Shown here: positions 52,881-63,773 of the stretch, piece by piece
Layout: the number at the start of each line of letters is the position of its first letter
How positions within the stretch are numbered: the stretch's first letter is position 1
Source: Podarcis liolepis
Taxonomy: Eukaryota
Assembly: GCA_965112155.1 (NCBI GenBank)
Contig: OZ218108.1
Length of the DNA: 64,000 bases
Strand: one strand, 5' to 3'
The notes under the pieces: generated by a model
Seen by the model: only the letters and a program-made list of their open reading frames with translations
Database searches by the model: none
Told to the model about the DNA's origin: nothing
Translations under genes and position numbers: made by a program

Positions 52881-53291
52881 TCCTACATGATGAAAATGTG
52901 CAATATTGATGTAGGTGAAAGTCTGCAAGTATAGTGTGGGGGAAAACTACCATTATATATCAATGTTCAATATTGTAGCAAAGTGGTTAAATTGTAGTGC
53001 AAGGCTGTAATTGCTTAAGCCTGGGAGTCATTCCATGGAGCTTCAACTCAGTGGGACTTACTTTCATGAAGAAGTACATAGGATAATGGTGCAAGGGCAG
53101 CCTATCTCAACCTGTTGTCCTCTAGAAGTTTTGTACTACAAATCCCATCATCCTGGTCATTAGCCATGCTGGCTGGGGCTGAAGGAAGTTGAAGCCCAAA
53201 ATGTCTAGAAGGCATCAGGTTGGGGAAGGCTAGTATTTGTTCATATATTAAGCCCCTCCCCTACACACACACACACGCTTAATAGGCATTA

Positions 53292-53868
53292 AAGGTAAAG
53301 GGACCCCTGACCATTAGGTCCAGTCGTGACCGACTCTGGGGTTGTGGCGCTCATCTCGCTTTATACGCTGAGGAAGCTGGCGTACAGCTTCCGGGTCATG
53401 TGTCCAGCATGACTAAGCCGCTTCTGGCGAATCAGAGCAGCGCACGGAAATGCCGTTTACCTTCCCGCCGGAGCGGTACCTATTTATCTACAGTGGTACC
53501 TCGGGTTACATACGCTTCAGTTACACACTCCGCTAACCCAGAAATAGTGCTTCAGGTTAAGAACTTTGCTTCAGGATAAGTACAGAAATCATGCTCCGGC
53601 GGCACAGCAGCAGCAGGAGGCTCCATTAGCTAAAGTGGTGCTTCAGGTTAAGAACAGTTTCAGGTTAAGAACAGACCTCTGGAACGAATTAAGTACTTAA
53701 CCCAAGGTACCACTGTACTTGCACTTTAACGTGCTTTCGAACTGCTAGGTTGGCAGGAGCGGGGACTGAGCAACGGGCGCTCACCCTGTTGCAGGGATTC
53801 GAACCGCCAACGTTCTGATCGTCAAGCCCTAGACTCTGTGGTTTAACCCACAGCGCCACCCGCGTCCC
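53292..53868 (-). mobile_element. Sauria SINE (interrupted by MITE)
   Basis: Full-length head GGGACGCGGGTGGCGCTGTGGG on the minus strand, (ACCTTT) tail, TSD TTAATAGGCATTA (53279-53291 and 53869-53881). Confidence 0.92.
53491..53715 (-). mobile_element. MITE family A nested inside a Sauria SINE
   Basis: Host SINE sequence TATTTATCTACTTGCAC is split as TATTTATCTA-[MITE]-TACTTGCAC, duplicating the TA. Confidence 0.92.
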
Positions 53869-54580
53869 TTAATAGGCATTAGGGGACCCTAATACATAGA
53901 ACATTCCATACACTTGTAGTGGCTACCAAGTTCCAAGAGTGAGTACAGGTGTCTGTAGCTTCAAGGAGAGACTAACAAAGAGAACCAGCTTTGACACTGT
54001 TTGGCGTCTCAGTAACAAGAACATGCAAAGCTAATGCCAAAGTGAGCAAATGCTAAACTCTGTCCTTCCTGGGAGCACAGAGCAAGAGATAGCTAGAGGG
54101 AGGCTTCTGTAGTATTGAAATTAGTGACCCTTACAGGTGCATGGAGGCTCTCCCCATATAGTGCATCATTAAGAGACTTAACATTCAGCATATCTGTCAG
54201 TGAATCAGCTCTAATATACAATATTTCATTCACAGAACCTTCTCTAGCCTCCTGAAAGACAATAGTCTGACTCGAGATTCCTCAGCTGACAAGTCAGCTG
54301 TTGCACATAGATAGCAGGCTTTTTGAACGATATTCCACTGATATTTGTGTGCCAGTGGTGCAGTCTGCAATGATTTATACGATATTACTAAGTGCTCCAC
54401 TTGCAGCCTGAAGAAGTACAAACCTTTCTGTGTTTTGTTGTCTGTCTTCCGTGCCATCGTCTCATCCCTCTTCTTTAATCATCAGACCCATTCCTATTAT
54501 GAGTTTGCACTATTGTCCCATGTGGAAATTTCACCCGGCCCATCTGAAGTCTCCTCATCCTCCATTTTGTCAACAATGTG

Positions 54581-54956
54581 CAGGGACGCGGACTTAGAAA
54601 AAATATTGGGGGGGCCCGGGAAAGCTCATGAATAATAAATAAGCTCATGAATATGCAAATAAAGTGGCTCCGGCCCTAAATAGGGCAAGCCACGCCCCCC
54701 CAGCCAGCCGATTGGCTGGCTGGGAGGTGTGGCCAGTCGGGATTCCCCTGTTCTCGCGGGATTTCCGGCAGTGCCTTGGCGATTAGGGCGCGCGGCTGGC
54801 TGGCTGGCGAATGAGCAGGTGGGGAGGAGGCGGGGGACGGCGGCGGCGCTCTGCTGGAAGGGCGCCCGCCCGAGATTATTGGGGGGGCTGAGCCCCCCCA
54901 AAAATTTTTTTGAGGGGGCTCGAGCCCCCTCAAGCCCCATGGAGTCGGCCCCTATG
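54581..54956. mobile_element. GC-rich non-autonomous hAT element, 376 bp
   Basis: Perfect TSD ACAATGTG (54573-54580 and 54957-54964); CpG-rich; ATATTGGGGGGG motifs. Confidence 0.85.
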
Positions 54957-55531
54957 ACAATGTGCAATGCATCAGTCTCATCTGGCACACATCTCCTGAG
55001 GATGCAAATGTAATTGCACAAACTCAGTGTTGTTGTTTTAAAAACAAAACCAAACCATGAGCCAACATTGCCAAGTGGTAAAAGCATGTTTATATTCATA
55101 AGAACAAAAAGTGAAAGCGCTGCCTTGGATGCATCCAGAGTTTTAATATGTTTGGGGCCTCTTAACCTAATTTCAAAATTGTTTCTCAAACTTCTGTACA
55201 CTTGGGCTGTGCAAAACTCTTAACATTTGCTAGATGAACTTTGATATATTTGTTTTACATTAAGTGAGACATAGCTGGCTAGTGAGTAAGCCTTAGCTAA
55301 GGGTTCCAACGGCTGAAACTTTTAGAAAGCCTTATTTTGAAATACATATTTCCACACAAGTCAAGAAAGAAATGACATTAAAATATCACAAATCTCCATA
55401 TTTGTAAACTTGGCATACACAACGATTAGATTCAGCATCAAATCTTGAAAAGTGGTATTCCTCAAGTCAAAGGGGGTATTTTTGGATAACATACTTCAAG
55501 CATTTTGAGTACACAAACATTGTGCAAATGG

Positions 55532-55742
55532 TAGGGCTGCCATACATCCGAATTTTCCCGGATACTTCCAAGATTTCAAAGGTGGAATTGATGTCTGAGG
55601 GGAATTTCCGAAAGGCAGTGCTTCATCCAGGATCTTAGGCAAGTCAACTGAAAAATTGTGGGGGTTTTGGCGTTTTTGTAACATAAAGCTCAACAAATTT
55701 TGGGGTGTCCTGGTTTTTCCTTTTTGAAATATAGCAACCCTA
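55532..55742. mobile_element. hAT-type MITE (TAGGG termini)
   Basis: TAGGGCTGCCATA / TATAGCAACCCTA termini with CAAAT(G/A)G flanks. Confidence 0.7.
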
Positions 55743-55874
55743 CAAATAGTTAATTAATTACAAAATCACATTGGAATCACTTTATGTAGGCATATAGCCC
55801 AGATGAGGGCAGAACTTGGGTGCAGAGGCATGACATAAAGGTGCATAAAGTCTACATATGCACATTTAGATGTA

Positions 55875-56203
55875 CAGTGGTACCTCGCAAGACGAATGCC
55901 TCGCAAGACAAAAAACTCGCTAGACGAAAGGGTTTTTTGTTTTTTGAGCTGCTTCGCAAGACGATTTTCCCTATGGGCTTGCTTCGCAAGACGGAAACAT
56001 CTTGCAAGTTTGTTTCCTTTTTCTTAACACCGTTAATACAGTTGCGACTTGACTTCGAGGAGCAACTCATAGGTTTTTTAAGACTTTAGTGATTTTTGAA
56101 GCTTTTCCAAAACTTTCCCGACTCCGTGCTTCGCAAGACGAAAAAAATCGCAAGACGACAAAACTCGCGGCACGAATTAATTTCGTCTTGTGAGGCACCA
56201 CTG
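55875..56203. mobile_element. Tc1/mariner-type MITE, family B, 329 bp
   Basis: TIR CAGTGGTACCTCGCAAGACGAA / TTCGTCTTGTGAGGCACCACTG, TA TSD, about seven TCGCAAGACG-like motifs. Confidence 0.88.
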
Positions 56204-57372
56204 TATACACAATGTATATGTATAGATTGTCTCTGGGATAGTGAAATGCTAGATTCTGGGTGTTAGATGGTTTGTGTTTTATCAGCACAATAGTTTGCAG
56301 TGCACACAGCTAAACTATAAGCAACATTTAAAAAATTAATGCCACACTTGCAACTTACAGTTTAAGTAGGTATTGTAGCACTGTCATGGCTTCCCCCAAA
56401 GAATCCTTGGAACTGTAGTTTGTTAAGTGTGGTGAGAATTGTTAGGCAATTCCTATTCCCTTCACAGAGCTATAATTCTCAGAGTTCCCTGTGAAGAGGG
56501 ATTGATTGTTAAAAGGCCAGTTTGTGAGGCATGGAAAGGTGGGATTTAGAAGTTAGTCCCACTGCATTCAGTGGTCTTAGAAAGTGCATTTAAAGACGGT
56601 GGCCTAACAGCACAATCCTATAGATATTTTAGTATGGCTCACTCCCAAGTAAGTGTGTACAAGATTGCAGACTAAACTTCACTCCGGTGTAATAAAATAT
56701 TCACATAAAAGGTCTACATTTTATTTTCGAGTACTCCATTTTGCTGGCTACTGTGTTCATAGTGTTTATGAAAGATAAGAAATGCCCCATTTACAAGCTT
56801 CGGTTCTATAAATAATGGCAAAACTTCGTCTTCCTAGAAAACACAGCAGTTATAGTGTTTTGACAGTAGTAATGAAGGCTTAAGTGGTGGCTACAACTTC
56901 TTCCAGCAAAAGAAACAAAAATTCTATTGCTTCCACAACAACAGAGACTTTCAAATACAAAACCAGAACAGCAGGGCTCCTATTTAAGGAACAATATCTA
57001 AACACTGGGCACAATTATATATTTTAAAATGGAATAGTAAACTGAACCTGTTGCTACATGCTAAATTACCTACATGCAGTCCACCAGACTTAAGCAATTA
57101 TAGTTTTAAACAAATTCCTTCCCCTCTAATTTGTTTAATGATTTTCTGGTGGGCCCACATTATACTGAAAAAAACAAATTCATATTTTTGATCCAGAGGG
57201 CTGAGGAATGTACAAGTTTTTGTTTTTTTTAAAGGCTACAATCCTAGCCTGGTTCTCATGGCATGCTAAACCAAGCCTTGGCTGGGCAACATACCTGTGG
57301 GCCCTTAGAAATGAGCTTGCATCTGCTTTGCTGCTCCCAACCCCTTTTCGCCACCACACTATGATGAGCTAA

Positions 57373-57780
57373 TGTCATGAACTGGCTGGATACAGAAGAG
57401 TGGTGGGAGGCACCAGCAGAGGAACCCCCAGGGGAAGAAGACTCAGAGCCAGGGGATTGGTAGAGGGCCGATGATGAGTGGTCAGAAGGAGAAGACGGGG
57501 GTGGGGGTGTTGGAAGATGGAGGGGCAACAGGGTTTAGTGAGCAGGAAGAGTCTGTGGCTGAATGCAGTTCAGACTCTGAGGCAGAAGCAGAGGCTGGAG
57601 AGGAGGGGGTCAAGAGGCTCCTGAAGAATCCAGGTATTCTCCGCCTCCTGCAATGACAAGCTCCCCAAGAAGGCACAGAATAATGAGGAGAGCAGAACAG
57701 AGGTCAGAGGTGTGCAGACACCTCTGCAGACACAGTTTGAGACTGTGTGGGGAAAACCCTGGAGAGGGGGAGCCTTAGAG
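57373..57780. repeat. Purine-rich LTR-like interspersed repeat
   Basis: Starts TGTCA, GA-rich body unlike its flanks; right end not resolved. Confidence 0.4.
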
Positions 57781-57788
57781 AGAGGTAG

Positions 57789-58785
57789 TGTTGTAAACAA
57801 AAATTGCCCTTTTCGCTTATGGGGTATCCAAGAGCCCATATAGTCCTTACATAGGTTCCCTATTGGTAGGAGAAGATAACAAAGGCCAACCAGAGAATAT
57901 TGAGAAGCAAAGCAGCTAGTAAGCTTGATCTTTATTGATCTGTTGCCACAGGGTGCTCCCCTCACCCACAGGAGAGGAGGAGGAACCCCGGAAAATGGCG
58001 TGCAAGGCCTTATAAAGACTTTTCAAATTGCCACCCTGTAGATCAAGACCTTGGGGACGCGGGTGGCGCTGTGGGTAAACCCTCAGCGCCTAGGACTTGC
58101 CGATCGTCAGGTCGGCGGTTCAAATCCCCGCGGCGGGGTGCGCTCCCGTCGTTCGGTCCCAGCGCCTGCCAACCTAGCAGTTCGAAAGCACCCCCGGGTG
58201 CAAGTAGATAAATAGGGACCGCTTTATAGCGGGAAGGTAAACGGCGTTTCCGTGTGCTGCACTGGTGCTGGCTCGCCAGAGCAGCTTCGTCACGCTGGCC
58301 ACGTGACCCGGAAGTGTCTTCGGACAGCGCTGGCCCCCAGCCTCTTAAGTGAGATGGGCGCACAACCCTAGAGTCGGACACGACTGGCCCGTACAGGCAG
58401 GGGTACCTTTACCTTTACCTTAGATCAAGACCGCCCCCAGAAACATCATACATACATCACAGAAGGGGTGTAACCTAAGACCACCCCTCAGATACATCAT
58501 ACCTACATCACAGAAAAGGGGATCTAAACAGAAATTTGAATGTTGTTTATCTCCTGTCTGGCAACTTGATTGGATTGCCTGGGGAGCCTGGCCATTCTTA
58601 TGTAGTGATAAATACTTAGTTCCTGGGCCAGGTCACAGGCTCACACCCTATTCATATCTTAAATGTGCCCTTAAGAGAGGATTTGTGAGGAAAGAGACAA
58701 TGGGGAGGTTTCCCACTTTGACCTTACAGAGAAAACATTTGCTCAGTTTAGGAGTCAAAATGGTTCCAGGTCGGTCTTCTTAGGG
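57789..58785 (-). mobile_element. LTR of the same ERV-like family, U3 end not resolved, contains a Sauria SINE
   Basis: Reverse-complement homology to 20080-20605; AATAAA (57931-57936) and TATA-like element (~58010-58017) on the minus strand; duplicated ACATCATAC.TACATCACAGAA block. Confidence 0.78.
58051..58420 (+). mobile_element. Sauria SINE, CpG-rich young variant, inserted in an LTR
   Basis: A box region near 58062, B box GGTTCAAATCC 58117-58127, Bov-B-like GAGTCGGACACGACT near the 3' end, ACCTTT repeats, TSD TAGATCAAGACC (58039-58050 and 58421-58432). Confidence 0.92.
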
Positions 58786-61290
58786 CATGAGCTTCCCCAG
58801 GGTGGTGGCAGTCTACCTTACAATCTAGAGGGTCAACAGAGTGAGATGCAAATGAGTTCCAGCAGTAGTCTAACATGCATTTATCATTTTATTCCCTGGA
58901 ATAGCTTGTGAGGGCTCCTCCATGGAAACCCTTTTCACCTTTGATGTGAACCCTCCACAAGAACGTTGCACAACGGAAATAAACAAAACAACAGCAACAC
59001 TGCATTGCATTGCGTTTTGTGCAGCAGGTGTTTCACATGTTTAAAATACGATTAACCTCTCAAATCTAAGCCTAAAACCTGTGTGTATGGACACTTTGCC
59101 AGTGACCTTGGTGAGAGAAGACTCCTATCAAATGGTCTCCATTGTAAAAGTTCTTTGTATTCATTGTCTGACTTTTGAAGGTTCAATTGATCTCTTTTGT
59201 AGCCCTTATCATTGCACTTTCTGGCACCAGTGTGACTTTAACAATGCTCCCCTCCAGATGGGAACTCTCCAAATCAGATGCTAAAGTACTTTAGGAAATC
59301 CCTTTCTAGAGACAAAACATGTTTCCAAAGCAGGATTCTAAGCCTTTTGTCCTGTTCTGAACAAAGTCATCCTGATTTGCAGCCATGGGACAAATGGACC
59401 ACAGCAACTGCAGCCTGTTTTCAGTAAAAAATAAATAAAATCAAGCGGTCTAGCAAGAAACACACATGATACAAACAGGGATGCAGTGCAATGGACACTT
59501 CTGCCTGTTCATTAAGCTTTTACTCTTTCAAAGTCAGTGCAAGTTTTAAAAAACGGTGCTCACTCCAGTACTTAGGAGAATTAAGGAGAAGTTGTCAGGA
59601 GGAATAAATCACAATGGCTGTAATCGAGCATGCAACTATGCATGATTCAGTCCCACTGATTGAAGTTGTTCTATCAATCTGAATGGGACTTAAGTGAGCA
59701 TAATTGGATGCAAGGCTGCTTTCATCCTATTTCAATTCTAGGAAGTGTGGTGGTGGTGGTGCTAGTATCACTGTGTACACCTAAGACTGCAGCCCTATGC
59801 ACATTTACTTGAACACAGCGGAACTTCCTTCCTGGAAAATCGGTATGCTGGTCAGGCTGTGAACTGGATCCATTTTTCTTTCAGTTATCTCAGAAGCTGC
59901 GGACAGAGACCATACAATTAAAACACATTCCCAGCACCACTCAAAGAATCTTGGGAACTGTAGTTTAGCCCTCAGAGCCACCATTCCAAGCACTCTAGTG
60001 CCTTTTTTTCCTTAAAAAAAAAGTACTCCCATTTTGACTCAAGAAAATCACCATTTTATAGTTCAAATCGGGGGAAATAAATACAGTAAATGGACAAAAG
60101 TACAAAGAACATGCATTACACGGGGAAGGGAAAGGAAGCCACCATTGGAGGTGGTAACAACGAAACTGACCAATCACTGTGCTAGATTCCAACTCCAACT
60201 TCACACATTAAACGCTCACTTCTGTCCAAGACTCAGGAAACACCATGACAGGAAATGAGGCCACCATTGGGGTGGCAACAGAACAGACAATTCACCATGG
60301 TAGAGAAGAAAATATTTTTAAAAAAGTTTCTTCTCCCGTTAGATTCACAAAATGTTTAGGGGTATGTGTACCCCTGCGTACCCCCAGAAAAAAACACTGC
60401 CCTTAATAGACTAGTTCTCAGGATTCTTCTTGATCTCTGAGCACAGGTGTTATACGGTGACAAGACCTCACTCCTGTCAGCAATCGTGCTGCAGCATTGT
60501 TTGTTAAATAGCAGTTTCAGGGGTGCCTCAGACAGGAGGAGAGGGTTAAAAACAGCAGCAGCAACCTTCTCTGTGTTTCACAGATGTCCCAATCCTGATT
60601 GGATGCTAATAGCAAACAGCAATGTTACCTGTAGTTTAGCCTTTGGAAGCCAGAGAACAAGGCTCCAGTGTCCTACAGTGCTCCTGAACTATTCCCTCAC
60701 AAGCAGAATAATCTTACGTTAAAACACTAGCATCACAGAAACCATTCAAATGTGTTTATTTTTCCTGTAGTGGAATGTGAATAACCTGGCGCAGGCTTTT
60801 GGAAACTGAGTACATGCAGCTCTGAAGGCTACCAACTTCAGCATGAACAATTCTCTGTGATTCTTCCTTTGTTTTAACCATTGTCTGTGCCATATGCCAT
60901 TATCGTCACAGAGAGGCAGCCTTTTATCCTGGGAAGAAATTAGTGCAAAATAGTTCATCCAACTGTTTTAAGACTTCATATTAAAAAGAAAACAAAAACC
61001 CTGGCAAGGAGAAATAGTACCTGACCCTGGAAGAATGGAGACAAACAGGATTATGCAACCATCTGTTGCAACCCGCCACCAAATCACACATCCTCCCTTT
61101 CTCAGTATGTGTATCAAATGATGGAATGTACTGAATTTGTATTAAAACAGTAGCTGATTCCCCAAGCCCAGCTATTGCTAGTAGTAATCTGCCGTCTTCC
61201 TTTAACACCAGAACGTAAATATTAGCTAGCACGTTAGTTGTCAAACAAACAAACAAAAACATGCAGAATTTCAAAGCAAGGACAACAAAA

Positions 61291-61418
61291 CATGGTGCTG
61301 ATAATGCCAATGTTGCAGGTTCAATCCCCACATGGGACAACTGCATATTCCTGCATTGCAAAGTGTTGGACTAGATGATTCTCAGGGTCCCTTCCAACTC
61401 TACAATTCTAGGATTCTA
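61291..61418 (+). mobile_element. SINE with tRNA-Ile-like head and CR1 tail (5'-clipped)
   Basis: Same family as 17971-18105; ends CCCTTCCAACTCTACAATTCTAGGATTCTA. Confidence 0.8.
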
Positions 61419-61639
61419 ACATTGCACACAGTACTGATTTCTCGAGATATTTCCAGTTTGGGGATAAGCACACTGATGTTCCACCCGCTTTTTTTCTTAG
61501 CTATCATCTATACCCTTATATGGCAAATGTAAGAATATTGCAAGACATAATAAACACTTGGGATTAAATTTGTAACCCCCATTGGGATTACATTCATAAC
61601 ACCCTTTCTGCCTTTATCCTGGATCTGAATACAGTCACA

Positions 61640-61830
61640 GTAGTGTATGGCTTCAGCTTCAGAGGAGGAACCTGAGAGACCAGTGTTTAAATCCCCACTC
61701 CGCCATAAAGTTTGCTGGGTGACCTTGGGCCAATCATCTCTCAGTCTATAACCTACCTCACAGAATTGTTGAGAGGATTAAAAAATGGGGAGGGGAGAAC
61801 CATGAATGTCCCCTTGAGAAGAGGAAAGCT
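61640..61830 (+). mobile_element. MIR-like/CORE SINE, degenerate
   Basis: CTGGGTGACCTTGGGCC...CTCTCAG..CCTACCTCACAG..TTGTTG.GAGGAT; related fragments near 62890-62975 and 18110-18175. Confidence 0.6.
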
Positions 61831-63646
61831 ACACACATAGACCATGAGTGGTGAAACTCTGCTCCTGGACCTGCAAAGGTTTACACTCAATAGATGGATG
61901 TCATGGAGAGCAGCCAGGGAACTGCACACATTCGCAGCCAGCCACACTGCCCCTTTCACACAAGGGGGATTAAGCCCTTAGTCACACGTTTGATACAGGA
62001 GAAAGGGCTTTAGGTGTGATTGCCACATTCCCAATGCACCACGTGCAATGCTAGGAAAGCAAGGAACTAGCCAAGCATGGGCACCTCTCACATATCCCTT
62101 GAACTCATGGAAGGGAGGGATGTCTTCCAAACTCCTTGAGATGAGTGCATGAAGGGAGCTAAACTGAATAGTTAAAATGTCACTAAATGATTAACTCTAA
62201 GCCTCTTTCAATGCCTGCTTATGGATACAGTGGAGATTTTTATCTGTACAGTATATGGAACAGCATGGAAACAGTAAATGATACGTAAAATAAGAATTAT
62301 GAAGTGTTTTGCACAATTAAAAAATGAACTATATAAATCACTCAGTAATATATTTATTATTCCAGATTACTTTGAGAGCTACATTTGGAGGGATGGCATC
62401 AAGCATCAAGGGTGTGCCCTGCCCAATGTGTTGGACCAATGCCCATCTGAGATAACCCCATGGTTGTCATGAAGGCCATGAAGTCTTTAAATGTACTTTA
62501 AATATATACAACCAAGTATAAGACTCTCAGCTTCAGACATTTCCCCAGCATCTTGTTGAGACTGACTCGTAATGGGCAAAGGTAGTACATTCATTCTAGC
62601 TGCCTCCACCACATTTACTTAACTGATATTTATACTTTCTACAAAGAACAAATCAGGCATAAGGAAACTCCTGATTTCACCCACCTGTAACTAAATTCTG
62701 TGCCACCTAGCAAGTCACTTGGCTAAGCAGTGAGGATGGGAATCCTGTGATCCTCCAAACCAGCCTTCCCTCACCCAGTGCTCTCCAGTTGTTTCAAACT
62801 CCAGCGCCCATCAATCCCAACCAGCATAGCTTAGATTTAGTAGTTCAAAACAGCTGGAGGTCACCGGCTTGGAGAAGGCTCGCTTCCAGAGGCTTATTTG
62901 ATTTTTATCCCATCTTTCCTGAAAGGAGCTCAATGTGGTACCCCCCCACTTTATCCTAACAACAACCCTGTGAGGCAGGTCGTTGGACTCCAAATCCTAT
63001 CAGCCCCAGCCAGCACGCATGGCCAATGGTCTGGGACAAGGGAGGTTGAAAGCCTCAACATCTAGAGAACCCCAGGCTCCCTAACCCTGCAATATAAGAG
63101 CACAAGCCACACAGAGAGAGAGATATGCAGCCTCGTGGATCCAGATGTGGGGAGAAATAGCATCCTGGAGGAGAGCAAACACTGATGTGGGTAAACAGGC
63201 GGCACAGAGCACGGCCGCTGACAGCCCAGGGTACATAATGGTCCTACAGGTGACTCAGCCCTAAGCGTCAATAATGATATAAACGCGCTTGAACGCCGCC
63301 TGCGCTGACGTCAGCGTGCTGCCCCGCCCCCCTCCTCTCCGGCTGACCTCGGGTAAGCCTCTTTCGCGCGGATCCCGGCTGGGGAAGCTTCGGCCAATCA
63401 GCGAGGCCGGCGGCGCGAGGCGTCTTCGCGCGGGGAGGGGGGCGTGGCGTGCGTGTCGCGGCCTGGCAGCGGGCCTGTCGCGTGGGGGGAAGAAAGGGGG
63501 CGTGGCTAAGGTGTGCGGAGAGGGAGGAGGAGGAGAGGGGAAGGGCGGCCGTTGCGCTGAGTGGGCGGGGTGCCGCGGCGGCGGCGGCGGCGCGGCGCTG
63601 GCGGCGTCTGCGCGCTGGCGGGCTTGGCTGGTACGTCAGCGGCAGG

Positions 63647-63772
63647 ATGGCTGTAGCTGTTGACCCAGCAGCAGCAACAGTAGCAGGCTCCGGTGGCGGC
63701 TTGGCGGCCCCAGCGGTGGCAGTGGTGGCTGTGGGGCGGGAGGTGGCGGCGTTGGCGGCGGTGGCTTGGTAA
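63647..63772 (+). other. Candidate upstream ORF (41 aa) ending 1 nt before the ELL2 ATG
   Basis: aggATGg at 63647, open to TAA 63770-63772, then g, then ATG 63774. It is only a uORF if the TSS lies upstream of 63647, which cannot be determined from sequence. Confidence 0.45.
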
Positions 63773-63773
63773 G

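Noticed and set aside
14990-54420. Other CTGATGA/CTGAAGA occurrences (e.g. near 14993, 23487, 26453, 45042, 54408) as hammerhead cores
   Set aside because: No stem II followed by GAAA and no closing stem I.
1-63280. Exons of a neighbouring protein-coding gene (PCSK1 lies on this side of ELL2 in human, as I recall)
   Set aside because: No recognisable exon translation was found; short or non-coding exons cannot be excluded without RNA data.
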